64,000 nucleotides of DNA, taken from contig JAFDAM010000002.1 of assembly GCA_019313825.1 (NCBI GenBank), forward strand, positions 265-64,264. Reading direction: 5' to 3'. The notes under the pieces were generated by a model. The model saw nothing but the letters and a program-made list of their open reading frames with translations. It was not told where the DNA came from and did not search any database. The translations under genes and the position numbers were made by a program. Every line of letters starts with the position of its first letter. Position 1 is the first letter of the stretch. This stretch comes from Deltaproteobacteria bacterium. GTDB taxonomy: Bacteria > Desulfobacterota > DSM-4660 > Desulfatiglandales > HGW-15. Positions 7,783 through 15,702 of this stretch are shown here, piece by piece.

Positions 7783-8189
7783 ATGGATTATGACGAACTG
7801 ATACGGCAAGGAAAGACGAAAAAGCTCTTCAGGGCAAAGCGAAAATTGACATTGCCCAACCTCGTGTCCCATATCACCCAACGGGCCGCTGGAAAAGAGC
7901 CTCTTTTTCTTGAAGATTCCGATTATCTTTTTATGCTCGCGAACATGAAAGACGTCGCAAAGAAGCGGTCTTTGGACATATATGCTTTTTGTCTCATGCC
8001 TAACATATTCATTTGCTTGTGAGTCCGCGCGAGGATGAACTTCATGAACCAATGAGAGACCTCTTTTCCCGCTACGCCATGATGTTCAACAGGAAGTATG
8101 AAAGAAAGGGGCACCTATTTGCCGGTCCTTATAGGCAGGCTGTATGCTTGGATGATGGATATCTGCTTTACATAAAAGTCTTGTTTTGA
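7783..8189 (+). pseudogene. REP-associated tyrosine transposase (RAYT / IS200-like Y1 transposase), frameshifted and truncated
   Basis: Frame a reads ...SHITQRAAGKEPLFLEDSDYLFML...IYAFCLMPNIFICL*. The next frame reads LLVSPREDELHEPMRDLFSRYAMMFNRKYERKGHLFAGPYRQAVCLDDGYLLYI. At 8008-8019, aacatattcat appears where aaccatattcat would give the HUH motif (NHIHLLV). The C-terminal Tyr region is absent. Confidence 0.75.
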
Positions 8190-8255
8190 TACATATTTAT
8201 CCAAACGAGAAGTTAGATAAATTGCCGAAGGCGACCATTTCATATATAGTCAGCA

Positions 8256-10169
8256 ATGAAAAGATACTTTTATAAAAATTATTATATCATATTGTTCACT
8301 GATATCCTCTTGGTGGCCTTTTCGTGGTACTTTGCCTATCTTCTGCGCTTCAATTTTTCCATTCCACAGGAAATATATTTTACTTTTCAGAGGGTCCTGC
8401 CACTCATTATCATTATTAAAATCTTGACCTTTTATCTTTTGGATCTTTATCAGGGGATGTGGCGATATACGAGTCTGACGGATTTAGTTAATATTTTAAA
8501 GGCAGGTAGCCTCGCTTCTCTTATAATTATATTATTCATTATTTTTGTTCATGGAATAACAGGTTTTTCTCGTTCTATATTTATCATTGACTGGTTTCTT
8601 ACACTGATGTTGATATCCGGAAACAGGGTTGGGATAAGACTCTATTTTTGGATAACCGCCGGTAATGATCCTTCGCATAATTTGCCGAGAGGATTTTTCC
8701 CTCAATTCACCAGACAAAAACGTCACCGGAAAAAGCTAATAATAATCGGCGCTGGTGATTGCGGAGAAAAGATATGTAGAGAGATTCATGATCATTCTAA
8801 TTTGGGATATCAGGTGGCAGGGTTCGTGGATGGTGACCCTTCAAAAGCCAACCTCCAGATCCATGGCGTCCCTGTGTTGGGCAATATGGATGAGATTCAA
8901 TCTATTGTTAGGCAATTGAATGTAGAAGAACTGTTAATTGCCATGCCGTCGGTTTCAGCAGCAGACATGCGCAGGATCGTGGCTCATTGTGAAGAGAGTG
9001 GTATACCTTTCAAGACCGTGCCGGGCATGGGTGAACTTATTGATGGCAGGGTGACTGTTAAGGCCATTCGAGATGTGGCTTATACAGACCTCTTGGGCAG
9101 GGACACTGTCCATCTGGATGAAGAAAGCATCGGCGCGTACCTGAAAGGAAAGAGGGTACTGATAACAGGCGCTGGCGGGTCAATAGGCTCGGAGCTTTGC
9201 CGTCAGGTCTGCAGGTATTCACCGGAAAGCATTATACTCTATGAAAGGGCGGAGAGTCCCCTGTATGAGATAGAACTGGAGCTCAAGGAGAGCTTTCAAT
9301 ACATCAACATTGTTACAAAACTTGCGGATATTTTAGATCTTATTCAGTTGGAAAAGGTCTTTGAAGAGGAAAGACCTCATGTGGTATTTCATGCGGCAGC
9401 TTACAAGCACGTGCCCATGCTTGAAATAAATCCGTGGGAGGCCTTAAGTAATAACGTAATGGGTTCCCGTAATGTCATCGAGGTGGCTCGTGGATTTGAA
9501 GTGGAAAGATTTGTGCTTGTTTCTACCGACAAGGCAGTACGTCCTGTCAATGTGATGGGGGCATCGAAAAGACTTGCCGAGATTTTGGTTCAGGCCCAAA
9601 ATGGGGACGGGTCAGTTAAGACCAGATTTATGACTGTAAGATTTGGCAATGTGGTTGGAAGTGTCGGCAGCGTGGTGCCGTTGTTTAAAAAACAGATTGA
9701 AAAAGGAGGTCCGGTAACTATCACTCATCCCGATATGACAAGGTATTTTATGACCATTCCAGAGGCATGCCAACTCATTCTTCAGGCCGCTTCAATGGGG
9801 GAAGGTGGTGAGATATTTATTCTGGATATGGGTACTCCGGTAAAGATTGTCGAAATGGCCAAGGATCTTATAAGCCTTTCAGGCTTTGAACCTGAAGTGG
9901 ATATTGAGATAAAGTATGTCGGTCTCAGACCGGGAGAAAAATTGTATGAAGAGTTAATCACTGATGGAGAAGGAATTGTTTGGACTTCACATGAAAAGAT
10001 TATGGTGATTCGAGGTCAAGGACCGGTTAGAAGAATCGATACTATAAATAGTAATATGGATAAGTATATGGAGATGATCGTTGATCAGGATGGGGAAGGG
10101 ATAAGGAAGGCTTTAAAAGACTTAATGCCTGAATATTTACCACAAACGGCAGATGACGAGAGGTCTTAA
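8256..10169 (+). CDS. Membrane-anchored NDP-sugar 4,6-dehydratase/epimerase, PglF/WbpM/CapD family
   Basis: 637 aa. N-terminal TM helices, then two Rossmann segments (IIGAGDCGEK; ITGAGGSIGSEL) and HAAAYKHVPMLE...STDKAVRPVNVMGASKR. Confidence 0.88.
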   Translation: MKRYFYKNYYIILFTDILLVAFSWYFAYLLRFNFSIPQEIYFTFQRVLPLIIIIKILTFYLLDLYQGMWRYTSLTDLVNILKAGSLASLIIILFIIFVHGITGFSRSIFIIDWFLTLMLISGNRVGIRLYFWITAGNDPSHNLPRGFFPQFTRQKRHRKKLIIIGAGDCGEKICREIHDHSNLGYQVAGFVDGDPSKANLQIHGVPVLGNMDEIQSIVRQLNVEELLIAMPSVSAADMRRIVAHCEESGIPFKTVPGMGELIDGRVTVKAIRDVAYTDLLGRDTVHLDEESIGAYLKGKRVLITGAGGSIGSELCRQVCRYSPESIILYERAESPLYEIELELKESFQYINIVTKLADILDLIQLEKVFEEERPHVVFHAAAYKHVPMLEINPWEALSNNVMGSRNVIEVARGFEVERFVLVSTDKAVRPVNVMGASKRLAEILVQAQNGDGSVKTRFMTVRFGNVVGSVGSVVPLFKKQIEKGGPVTITHPDMTRYFMTIPEACQLILQAASMGEGGEIFILDMGTPVKIVEMAKDLISLSGFEPEVDIEIKYVGLRPGEKLYEELITDGEGIVWTSHEKIMVIRGQGPVRRIDTINSNMDKYMEMIVDQDGEGIRKALKDLMPEYLPQTADDERS

Positions 10170-10171
10170 TA

Positions 10172-10627
10172 ATGAAAAGTAGCAATAAAAAATATCTTAT
10201 TTTTGGAGTCATAATAGGTCTTTTACTTGCTTTCCTGTATTTTCACTATTTTGCTCCCAGATATGAAATTAAAAAAACAGGAATTTCTCTTGTGAAGATT
10301 GACAAGTGGACAGGCAGTTCATGGCGATTCGTGGATAATAACTGGAAAAAAATGGTCGATATGGATGAGAACTGGGAACGGGTTGATAAGACTCTTCAGG
10401 AGGCCCTCAAAGTCCCGTTTGTTGAGGTTGATACTGGATCGGCATTAATGAAATTGAGAGAAAAATATCCTGTTTTAAAGGATCTTTCTGATGACGAATT
10501 GCAGGAAAGAATAAAACTGGTCTACTCAAAATTAGTCCTTCTTAATCTATACTTAAACGATTTTTTAAAAACAAATCAGGATACAAAGACAAGAGAGCCT
10601 GCAGGGGATGAAAGTAATAAGGAGTAA
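10172..10627 (+). CDS. Hypothetical membrane-anchored protein
   Basis: 151 aa. One N-terminal hydrophobic helix. Starts 2 nt after the upstream stop. No recognisable family. Confidence 0.5.
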   Translation: MKSSNKKYLIFGVIIGLLLAFLYFHYFAPRYEIKKTGISLVKIDKWTGSSWRFVDNNWKKMVDMDENWERVDKTLQEALKVPFVEVDTGSALMKLREKYPVLKDLSDDELQERIKLVYSKLVLLNLYLNDFLKTNQDTKTREPAGDESNKE

Positions 10628-10665
10628 ACTATCTACAACCTCTTATAGACCTTCCGCTCCATTTT

Positions 10666-10747
10666 TACCGATTATTGCCTAAGGTTTACGCGCCGTTATT
10701 TTGGCGGGTCGAAGATCCGCCGTCAGTGTGGAGGGCGCTTTTCGGTA
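10666..10747. repeat. REP-like compound palindrome R9
   Basis: taccgattattgcc ... cgcgccgttattttggcggg ... tccgccgtcagtgtggaggg ... cttttcggta. Confidence 0.7.
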
Positions 10748-10927
10748 AAACCCTCAACACTTTCGTCCTTTCCCGATTATGTCTTTAAGCAGAGAGCTTT
10801 GCATTTTCCCCGTATTCCCATCCTTACTCCATTCAATTATTTCTTCATATACTTCTTTTCATCACAATTCATCTATTGATATAATCCAACAAAACTGATA
10901 ACCGCAAAAAGGGCTTTTTGACAATTT

Positions 10928-10956
10928 GTAAAGAAGATTATACTATTTCGACATTA
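10928..10956 (+). promoter_or_regulatory. Candidate sigma70 promoter for the CapD-like gene
   Basis: TTGACA-17 nt-TACTAT, about 130 nt upstream of the 11089 start. Confidence 0.4.
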
Positions 10957-11088
10957 TTCTGCTTCAAGTAAGAAATGTAAAAGTAGCCGATAAATGATAA
11001 CTGAAATTATTGTTTGTATCGATTTACTCCAAGGGAAAGTGTGATCGTGGGTAGGTTGAGATAAAAGTAACAAAGGAGTTTTTTACAT

Positions 11089-12171
11089 ATGGACGATTTT
11101 TTCCGGGATAAAAGGATCTTAGTCACAGGGGCATGCGGAACTATTGGGAGAGAGCTGTTTCGGCAACTGGCAGAGGAAAATGCGGCTGCTGAGTTGGTCG
11201 GGATAGATAATAACGAGAGCGACCTGTTTTTTCTTGAACAAAGGTTCTCTGATCGGTCAAATGTCCGCTTTGCGCTGGCAGATGTAAGAGATGAACGTAA
11301 ACTTTGCAGGATTATGAAAGATGTAGATGTAGTTTTTCATACGGCTGCCTTCAAGCATGTCATCCTGTGCGAACGTTCTCCTTTTGAGGCAGTGCAGACC
11401 AATATTCTGGGGGTTCAGAATATTATCGCCGCCGCTTCAGAGTGCCGTGTGGGGTGTGTTATATTCACAAGTTCTGATAAGGCCGTAAACCCAACAAATG
11501 TTATGGGCACATCCAAACTCATGGGAGAACGGCTCATGACTGCCGCAAGCAGTAATCAAAGGGAAAACGGCCCTGTCTTTGCTTCTACGCGGTTCGGTAA
11601 TGTTCTCGGTTCCAGGGGTTCCGTTATTCCGATTTTTCGGGAGCAGATTCGGCAAGGCGGACCGGTTACCATTACTGATAAAGAGATGACCCGTTTTATC
11701 ATGAGCATAAGAGAGGCAGTGCGTCTTGTAATCGATTCTGCCGGTCTTGCAAAAGGTGGCGAGGTCTTTGTAACGAAGATGCCTGTGATTCGTATACAGG
11801 ATTTGGCGGAAGTCATGATTCAGGAATTGGCTCCTGAATATGGGCGCCGTCCGGAAGATATTAAGATTGAATATATCGGCACAAAGCCTGGTGAAAAGAT
11901 GTATGAAGAGTTGATGAATCTTGAAGAGATCAGGAGGGCCTTGGAACTGGAACGTTACTTTGTGGTTGCCCCTGCTTTCACTGGTCTCAACTACAATATT
12001 TATAAGGAATATCCCGATATCGTCTCGGATGAAGTGACAAACCCCTATCATTCGGGAAACGAAGAGCCCTTGAGCCGGGACCAATTGATAGAATTTCTAA
12101 AGGAAAATGAATTGTTAGAGGAATCTATGGATAAGGAGGGACACCCTTCGGAACGGTATTGGCCTATTTAA
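11089..12171 (+). CDS. Soluble CapD/PseB-like NDP-sugar 4,6-dehydratase/epimerase (Polysacc_synt_2)
   Basis: 360 aa. VTGACGTIGREL, HTAAFKHVILCE, SSDKAVNPTNVMGTSKL, RFGNVLGSRGSVIPIF. Confidence 0.82.
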   Translation: MDDFFRDKRILVTGACGTIGRELFRQLAEENAAAELVGIDNNESDLFFLEQRFSDRSNVRFALADVRDERKLCRIMKDVDVVFHTAAFKHVILCERSPFEAVQTNILGVQNIIAAASECRVGCVIFTSSDKAVNPTNVMGTSKLMGERLMTAASSNQRENGPVFASTRFGNVLGSRGSVIPIFREQIRQGGPVTITDKEMTRFIMSIREAVRLVIDSAGLAKGGEVFVTKMPVIRIQDLAEVMIQELAPEYGRRPEDIKIEYIGTKPGEKMYEELMNLEEIRRALELERYFVVAPAFTGLNYNIYKEYPDIVSDEVTNPYHSGNEEPLSRDQLIEFLKENELLEESMDKEGHPSERYWPI

Positions 12172-12189
12172 GGGCAGGATCATTGGAGT

Positions 12190-12330
12190 CAAGGATTATA
12201 GGATTAGAGGATTAAAGGATTAGAGGATTAGAGGATTAGAGGATTACAGGAGTCAAGGATTAGAGGATTAAAGGATTATAGGATTATAGGATTATAGGAT
12301 TAGAGGAGTAAGGGATTAAAGGATGAGAGG
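12190..12330. repeat. Octamer tandem array (AGGATTAN), about 14 canonical units, left arm
   Basis: aggattat aggattag aggattaa ... read directly; the array decays toward the ORF start. Confidence 0.9.
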
Positions 12331-12354
12331 GAGGGAATAAGAGAAGGGGAATAA

Positions 12355-12714
12355 ATGGCGCTGCACTGGAAAAAATTGAAAGTATGGCAAAAACCCCATG
12401 CTTTAGTACTTGAAGTATATCGAATTACAACAAAGTTTCCAAAAACCGAAACTTATGGTTTGGTTGACCAAATTAAGCGTGCATCCTGTTCAATACCTTC
12501 AAATATTGTAGAAGGGCAGAGCCGCAATACAACAAAAGAGTATTTGAACTTCCTTTATATGGCTCGTGGATCGCTTGAAGAGTTAAGATATTTCCTGCTT
12601 CTATCGAAAGATCTTACATTCCTTGATGCAGAAGTATATGGGGGAATGGAAAAAGAATGCGAGGAAATCAGTTTAATGCTTAATGGACTTATCAAGTCTT
12701 TAAAATCGAAATAG
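12355..12714 (+). CDS. Four-helix-bundle protein (23S rRNA intervening-sequence protein / Avd family, PF05635-like)
   Basis: 119 aa. KKLKVWQKPHALVLEVYRITTKFPKTETYGLVDQIKRASCSIPSNIVEGQSR...KEYLNFLYMARGSLEELRYFLLLSKDL is the family signature. Confidence 0.85.
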   Translation: MALHWKKLKVWQKPHALVLEVYRITTKFPKTETYGLVDQIKRASCSIPSNIVEGQSRNTTKEYLNFLYMARGSLEELRYFLLLSKDLTFLDAEVYGGMEKECEEISLMLNGLIKSLKSK

Positions 12715-12736
12715 GATTATTTTCTTTATATCAGTT

Positions 12737-12786
12737 ATCCTTTAATCCTTTAATCCTCTAATCCTCTAATCCTCTATTCCTGTAAC
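12737..12786. repeat. Inverted octamer array (CCTNTAAT, about 6 units), right arm
   Basis: cctttaat cctttaat cctctaat cctctaat cctctatt cctgtaac is the reverse complement of the left-arm unit. Confidence 0.9.
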
Positions 12787-12841
12787 TGTATTGGGAAAAC
12801 TGAAATTGTTAAACTTTTCGTTACGAAGATAGGAACTACTG

Positions 12842-13993
12842 ATGAAGATACTGATTTTGGGCGGTGATGGTTATCTTGGTTGGCCCACAGCAATGCGACT
12901 GAGCGCTAGGGGCCATGAAGTGGCTGTGGCGGATAATTACCTCCGCAGAAAGTTATGTAAGGAAGAGGACACGGCGCCCCTGTTTGAGGTGCCCGATCTT
13001 TATGAGCGCGTTCGTCTGTGGGAATCTCTATCCGGGCATAAGGTTAGAGTCTTTATAGGGGACCTGACGCAATGGGATTTTATGGAGGAAGTGTTTAAGT
13101 CCTTTTCGCCTGAAGGCATAGTCCATTATGCTGAGCAGCCTTCCGCTCCGTATTCAATGCTTCATCGACGTGCAGCGATCATAAACACGATCCAGAACAA
13201 TCTCCTGGTTACATCAAATCTTATATACGCGGTAAAGGAGTTTTGTCCCGAAACCCATATAGTAAAAATAGGAACTATGGGGGAGTATGGAACGCCCAAT
13301 ATCGATATCGAAGAGGGCTGGCTGGATGTGGAATATAAGGGTCGAAAACAGCGCTTCCTCTATCCTCGCCAGGCCGGCAGTCTATATCATACGACCAAGA
13401 TTATGGATACTGATCTCTTGTGGTTTTATGTTCGCACCTGGGGTTTACGAGTAACGGACCTGATGCAGGGGCCTGTATATGGTCTTGTTACGGAAGAAAC
13501 CGGGGAAGATGAACTTTTGATGCCGTTCTTTAACTATGACGAACTTTTTGGCACTGTTTTAAATCGTTTTGTCGTTCAGGCAGTCATTGGTTATCCCCTA
13601 ACCGTATATGGCGGGGGAGGGCAGATACGGGGCTATCTGAACATCAAAGACACACTGAACTGCGTGCGGCTCTCTCTCGAGAATCCTGCAAAACAAGGGG
13701 AGTTGCGTATCTTCAACCAGTTTGTGGAAACATTCTCAGTGAACGAATTGGCTGAGAAGGTCCAAAGGGTAGGGCAGATACTCGGCCTCAAGGTGGAGAT
13801 AAAATCCATTGAAAATCCCAGGGTGGAGGCAGAGGAGCATTATTACAATCCTTCACACACGGGGCTTATAGAACTGGGGCTCAAACCTCATTTACTCACG
13901 GATGAGGTCCTGTCTCAGATGATTGAAACTGTAATTAAGTATAAAGAGAATATAAATAAAGACGCGATATTCAGAGGCGTAAAATGGAAATAG
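12842..13993 (+). CDS. sqdB: UDP-sulfoquinovose synthase (SQD1/SqdB-like SDR)
   Basis: 383 aa. Long collinear resemblance to plant/cyanobacterial SQD1 as I recall it: GGDGYLGWPTA, SAPYSM, VKIGTMGEYGTPNIDIEEGW, YPRQAGSLYHTTKIMD, DLMQGPVYG. Confidence 0.8.
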   Translation: MKILILGGDGYLGWPTAMRLSARGHEVAVADNYLRRKLCKEEDTAPLFEVPDLYERVRLWESLSGHKVRVFIGDLTQWDFMEEVFKSFSPEGIVHYAEQPSAPYSMLHRRAAIINTIQNNLLVTSNLIYAVKEFCPETHIVKIGTMGEYGTPNIDIEEGWLDVEYKGRKQRFLYPRQAGSLYHTTKIMDTDLLWFYVRTWGLRVTDLMQGPVYGLVTEETGEDELLMPFFNYDELFGTVLNRFVVQAVIGYPLTVYGGGGQIRGYLNIKDTLNCVRLSLENPAKQGELRIFNQFVETFSVNELAEKVQRVGQILGLKVEIKSIENPRVEAEEHYYNPSHTGLIELGLKPHLLTDEVLSQMIETVIKYKENINKDAIFRGVKWK

Positions 13994-14108
13994 AAATAAT
14001 GTATTAGGCACCATATAAAGACCAAGGCCTATGCCCTAGTCGCCGATGAAACGATGAAGAACCATTACGAATCGCGATTGAAAATATGCATTATAGAGCT
14101 GAAACCTG

Positions 14109-14138
14109 TTGACTAATAAGGTATTGGTAGGGTACAAT
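14109..14138 (+). promoter_or_regulatory. Candidate sigma70 promoter of infA
   Basis: TTGACT-18 nt-TACAAT, about 40 nt upstream of the TTG start. Confidence 0.5.
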
Positions 14139-14177
14139 ACTTTATTGAATTGAATTTGATGTTATGAGGCGAATGCA

Positions 14178-14396
14178 TTGAGTAGAGATGATTTAATTGA
14201 GATGGAAGGCGTAGTATCCAGGGTGATGGGCCGTGGAACCATGGAGATTGACTGTGATAATAATGTCACAGTGAGGGCTGTTCTTTCAGGTCGTATGAAA
14301 AAGTACAGGATTAAGGTGATACAGGGAGATCGAGTGAAGGTAAGCGTATCGCCATATGATACCTCCCATGGTTTAGTTACTTATCGCTTTAAGTAA
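14178..14396 (+). CDS. infA: Translation initiation factor IF-1
   Basis: 72 aa. EMEGVV...VRAVLSGRMKKYRIKVIQGDRVKVSVSPYDTSHGLVTYRFK. TTG start. Confidence 0.93.
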   Translation: MSRDDLIEMEGVVSRVMGRGTMEIDCDNNVTVRAVLSGRMKKYRIKVIQGDRVKVSVSPYDTSHGLVTYRFK

Positions 14397-14568
14397 TAGA
14401 TGGCCTATCGAATTAGATGGGTTTTTTATGTTTGAGTAAGAGTAGTTTCCGCATTGTTCAGGATTTTGATGATATGTCAATAAAAGACGGTTTATCAATG
14501 AATGATCTTGATTTTTAGGAATGTCCGGTGTAATCCTATAACAACGTAAATTCCAAGGAGGTAGATAT

Positions 14569-14946
14569 ATGAAAACAATGAAGAAGGATCTCCAATCCGT
14601 GGTAAAGGAGCTTAAGTCACTCACAAAAAAAACTGAAAGATTGGCGAAAAAGCTGGACAAGCTTGCAACGGCCCCTAAAAAAGCAAAAGCAAAACCCGGG
14701 GTTAAGGCCAAGAAAGCCAAAAAGAAGGTGGTTAAAAGGAAAGCCGTTGTCCGAAAGGCAAAAAAAAGGGCGCCGGCAAGTGATACTGTCATGAAGATTA
14801 TACAAAGAAGCAAGAAAGGCGTTCGAACCGCAACATTGCAAACCAAAACAGGTTTTAAAGAAAAGAAGATACGAGACATTATTTATAGACTGAAGGCGCA
14901 GGGCAAGATAAAGAGTGCGAAAACAGGTTTATACGTGAAAATTTGA
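14569..14946 (+). CDS. Lysine/alanine-rich histone H1-like DNA-binding protein
   Basis: 125 aa. Central PKKAKAKPGVKAKKAKKKVVKRKAVVRKAKKR tract with a globular C-terminal tail. RBS aaggagg upstream. Confidence 0.7.
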   Translation: MKTMKKDLQSVVKELKSLTKKTERLAKKLDKLATAPKKAKAKPGVKAKKAKKKVVKRKAVVRKAKKRAPASDTVMKIIQRSKKGVRTATLQTKTGFKEKKIRDIIYRLKAQGKIKSAKTGLYVKI

Positions 14947-15013
14947 TCCTAATATAAGATACTATCTTTTAATCAGATATTTAATCACAAGTAATCAGAG
15001 CGGAAGTTTCAGA

Positions 15014-15050
15014 CAAAACCACCAGCATTCCTGGTGGTTTTGTTTTTTTT
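15014..15050 (+). terminator. Rho-independent terminator
   Basis: caaaaccaccag-cattc-ctggtggttttg followed by T8. Confidence 0.85.
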
Positions 15051-15084
15051 GGAAACTGACCTTGTCATATACAACAATCTCCGT

Positions 15085-15255
15085 AACCATTCAGGTTGTT
15101 TAGGCTGTAGGCTAAAGGCTATTAGGTTTTTCCCATTGATCGAAGCAGGGCGCCCAAAACCTTCTCAGTCTCAACAGCCAATTCAAACGCTCTGAGCGAC
15201 CTATGATCACGCATGATTCTCTCCTACAGTCTAAATGCTTACAGCCTATATACAT
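15085..15255 (-). repeat. Miniature relic of a four-helix-bundle element (arms plus first ~30 codons)
   Basis: The minus strand reads MRDHRSLRAFELAVETEKVLGALLRSMGKT**, flanked by taggctgtaggctaaaggc-type arms. Collinear with 37938-38075. Confidence 0.7.
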
Positions 15256-15345
15256 GAGCAGTTACGAAATGGGATGATTATCATCTGCATTCATCACCGT
15301 CCAGAGTATATGTTATTGCTTTTTAGCCTTTATTTAGGTATTTAA

Positions 15346-15606
15346 TTATCCATAAGCGTTCATAGGTTCAGGGTTGTTTTTTTGTTGACCCTGCTTGTAG
15401 GGCTGAAAGTGTTTGATGAAACCACGGATGGCAACGCAGGTGCGTCCGGCATGATCATAAACATCCTGAAATTCAACTTTCGTTATGTACTGTTGATCCA
15501 CTGCCACGCAAAGCTCTTTCCGGACTTTGGCACAAGACTCTTTTGCATACTTTAGAAAGTGAACAAACTCCCGCTTTGTCTCCGAATCAATGGTTAAGAC
15601 CTGCAC
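15346..15606 (-). pseudogene. Four-helix-bundle protein, N-terminally truncated copy
   Basis: SETKREFVHFLKYAKESCAKVRKELCVAVDQQYITKVEFQDVYDH...IRGFIKHF aligns with the C-terminal half of the 12355 protein (TTKEYLNFLYMARGSLEELRYFLLLSKDLTFLD...LNGLIKSL). The first ~50 residues are missing. Confidence 0.65.
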
Positions 15607-15629
15607 GACATATGGCAGGCGTGTTTGAT

Positions 15630-15684
15630 GTGAACCTACAACCTCTGAACTCTGAACCGTTGAAACCGTGAACGGTTACAACCG
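15630..15684. repeat. Short-tandem-repeat arm (ctgaact/ctgaaccg/tgaaaccg units) next to the truncated four-helix gene
   Basis: gtgaacctacaacctctgaactctgaaccgttgaaaccgtgaacggttacaaccg, read directly. Confidence 0.6.
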
Positions 15685-15702
15685 TCCTTCTGCTGTAACT
15701 GG

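Noticed and set aside
12190-12330. Possible CRISPR array (regular short repeats).
   Set aside because: The period is 8 nt with no spacers and no cas genes. It is a microsatellite-like octamer array whose inverse copy lies at 12737-12786.
12355-12714. Diversity-generating retroelement, because the four-helix-bundle protein belongs to the Avd family.
   Set aside because: No reverse transcriptase ORF and no TR/VR-like near-repeat pair with adenine-specific differences anywhere in the window.
14373-14879. 168-aa minus-strand ORF overlapping the histone-like gene.
   Set aside because: It is the antisense reading of the Lys/Ala-rich tract, giving Phe/Leu-rich low complexity. The plus-strand gene has an RBS and a terminator.
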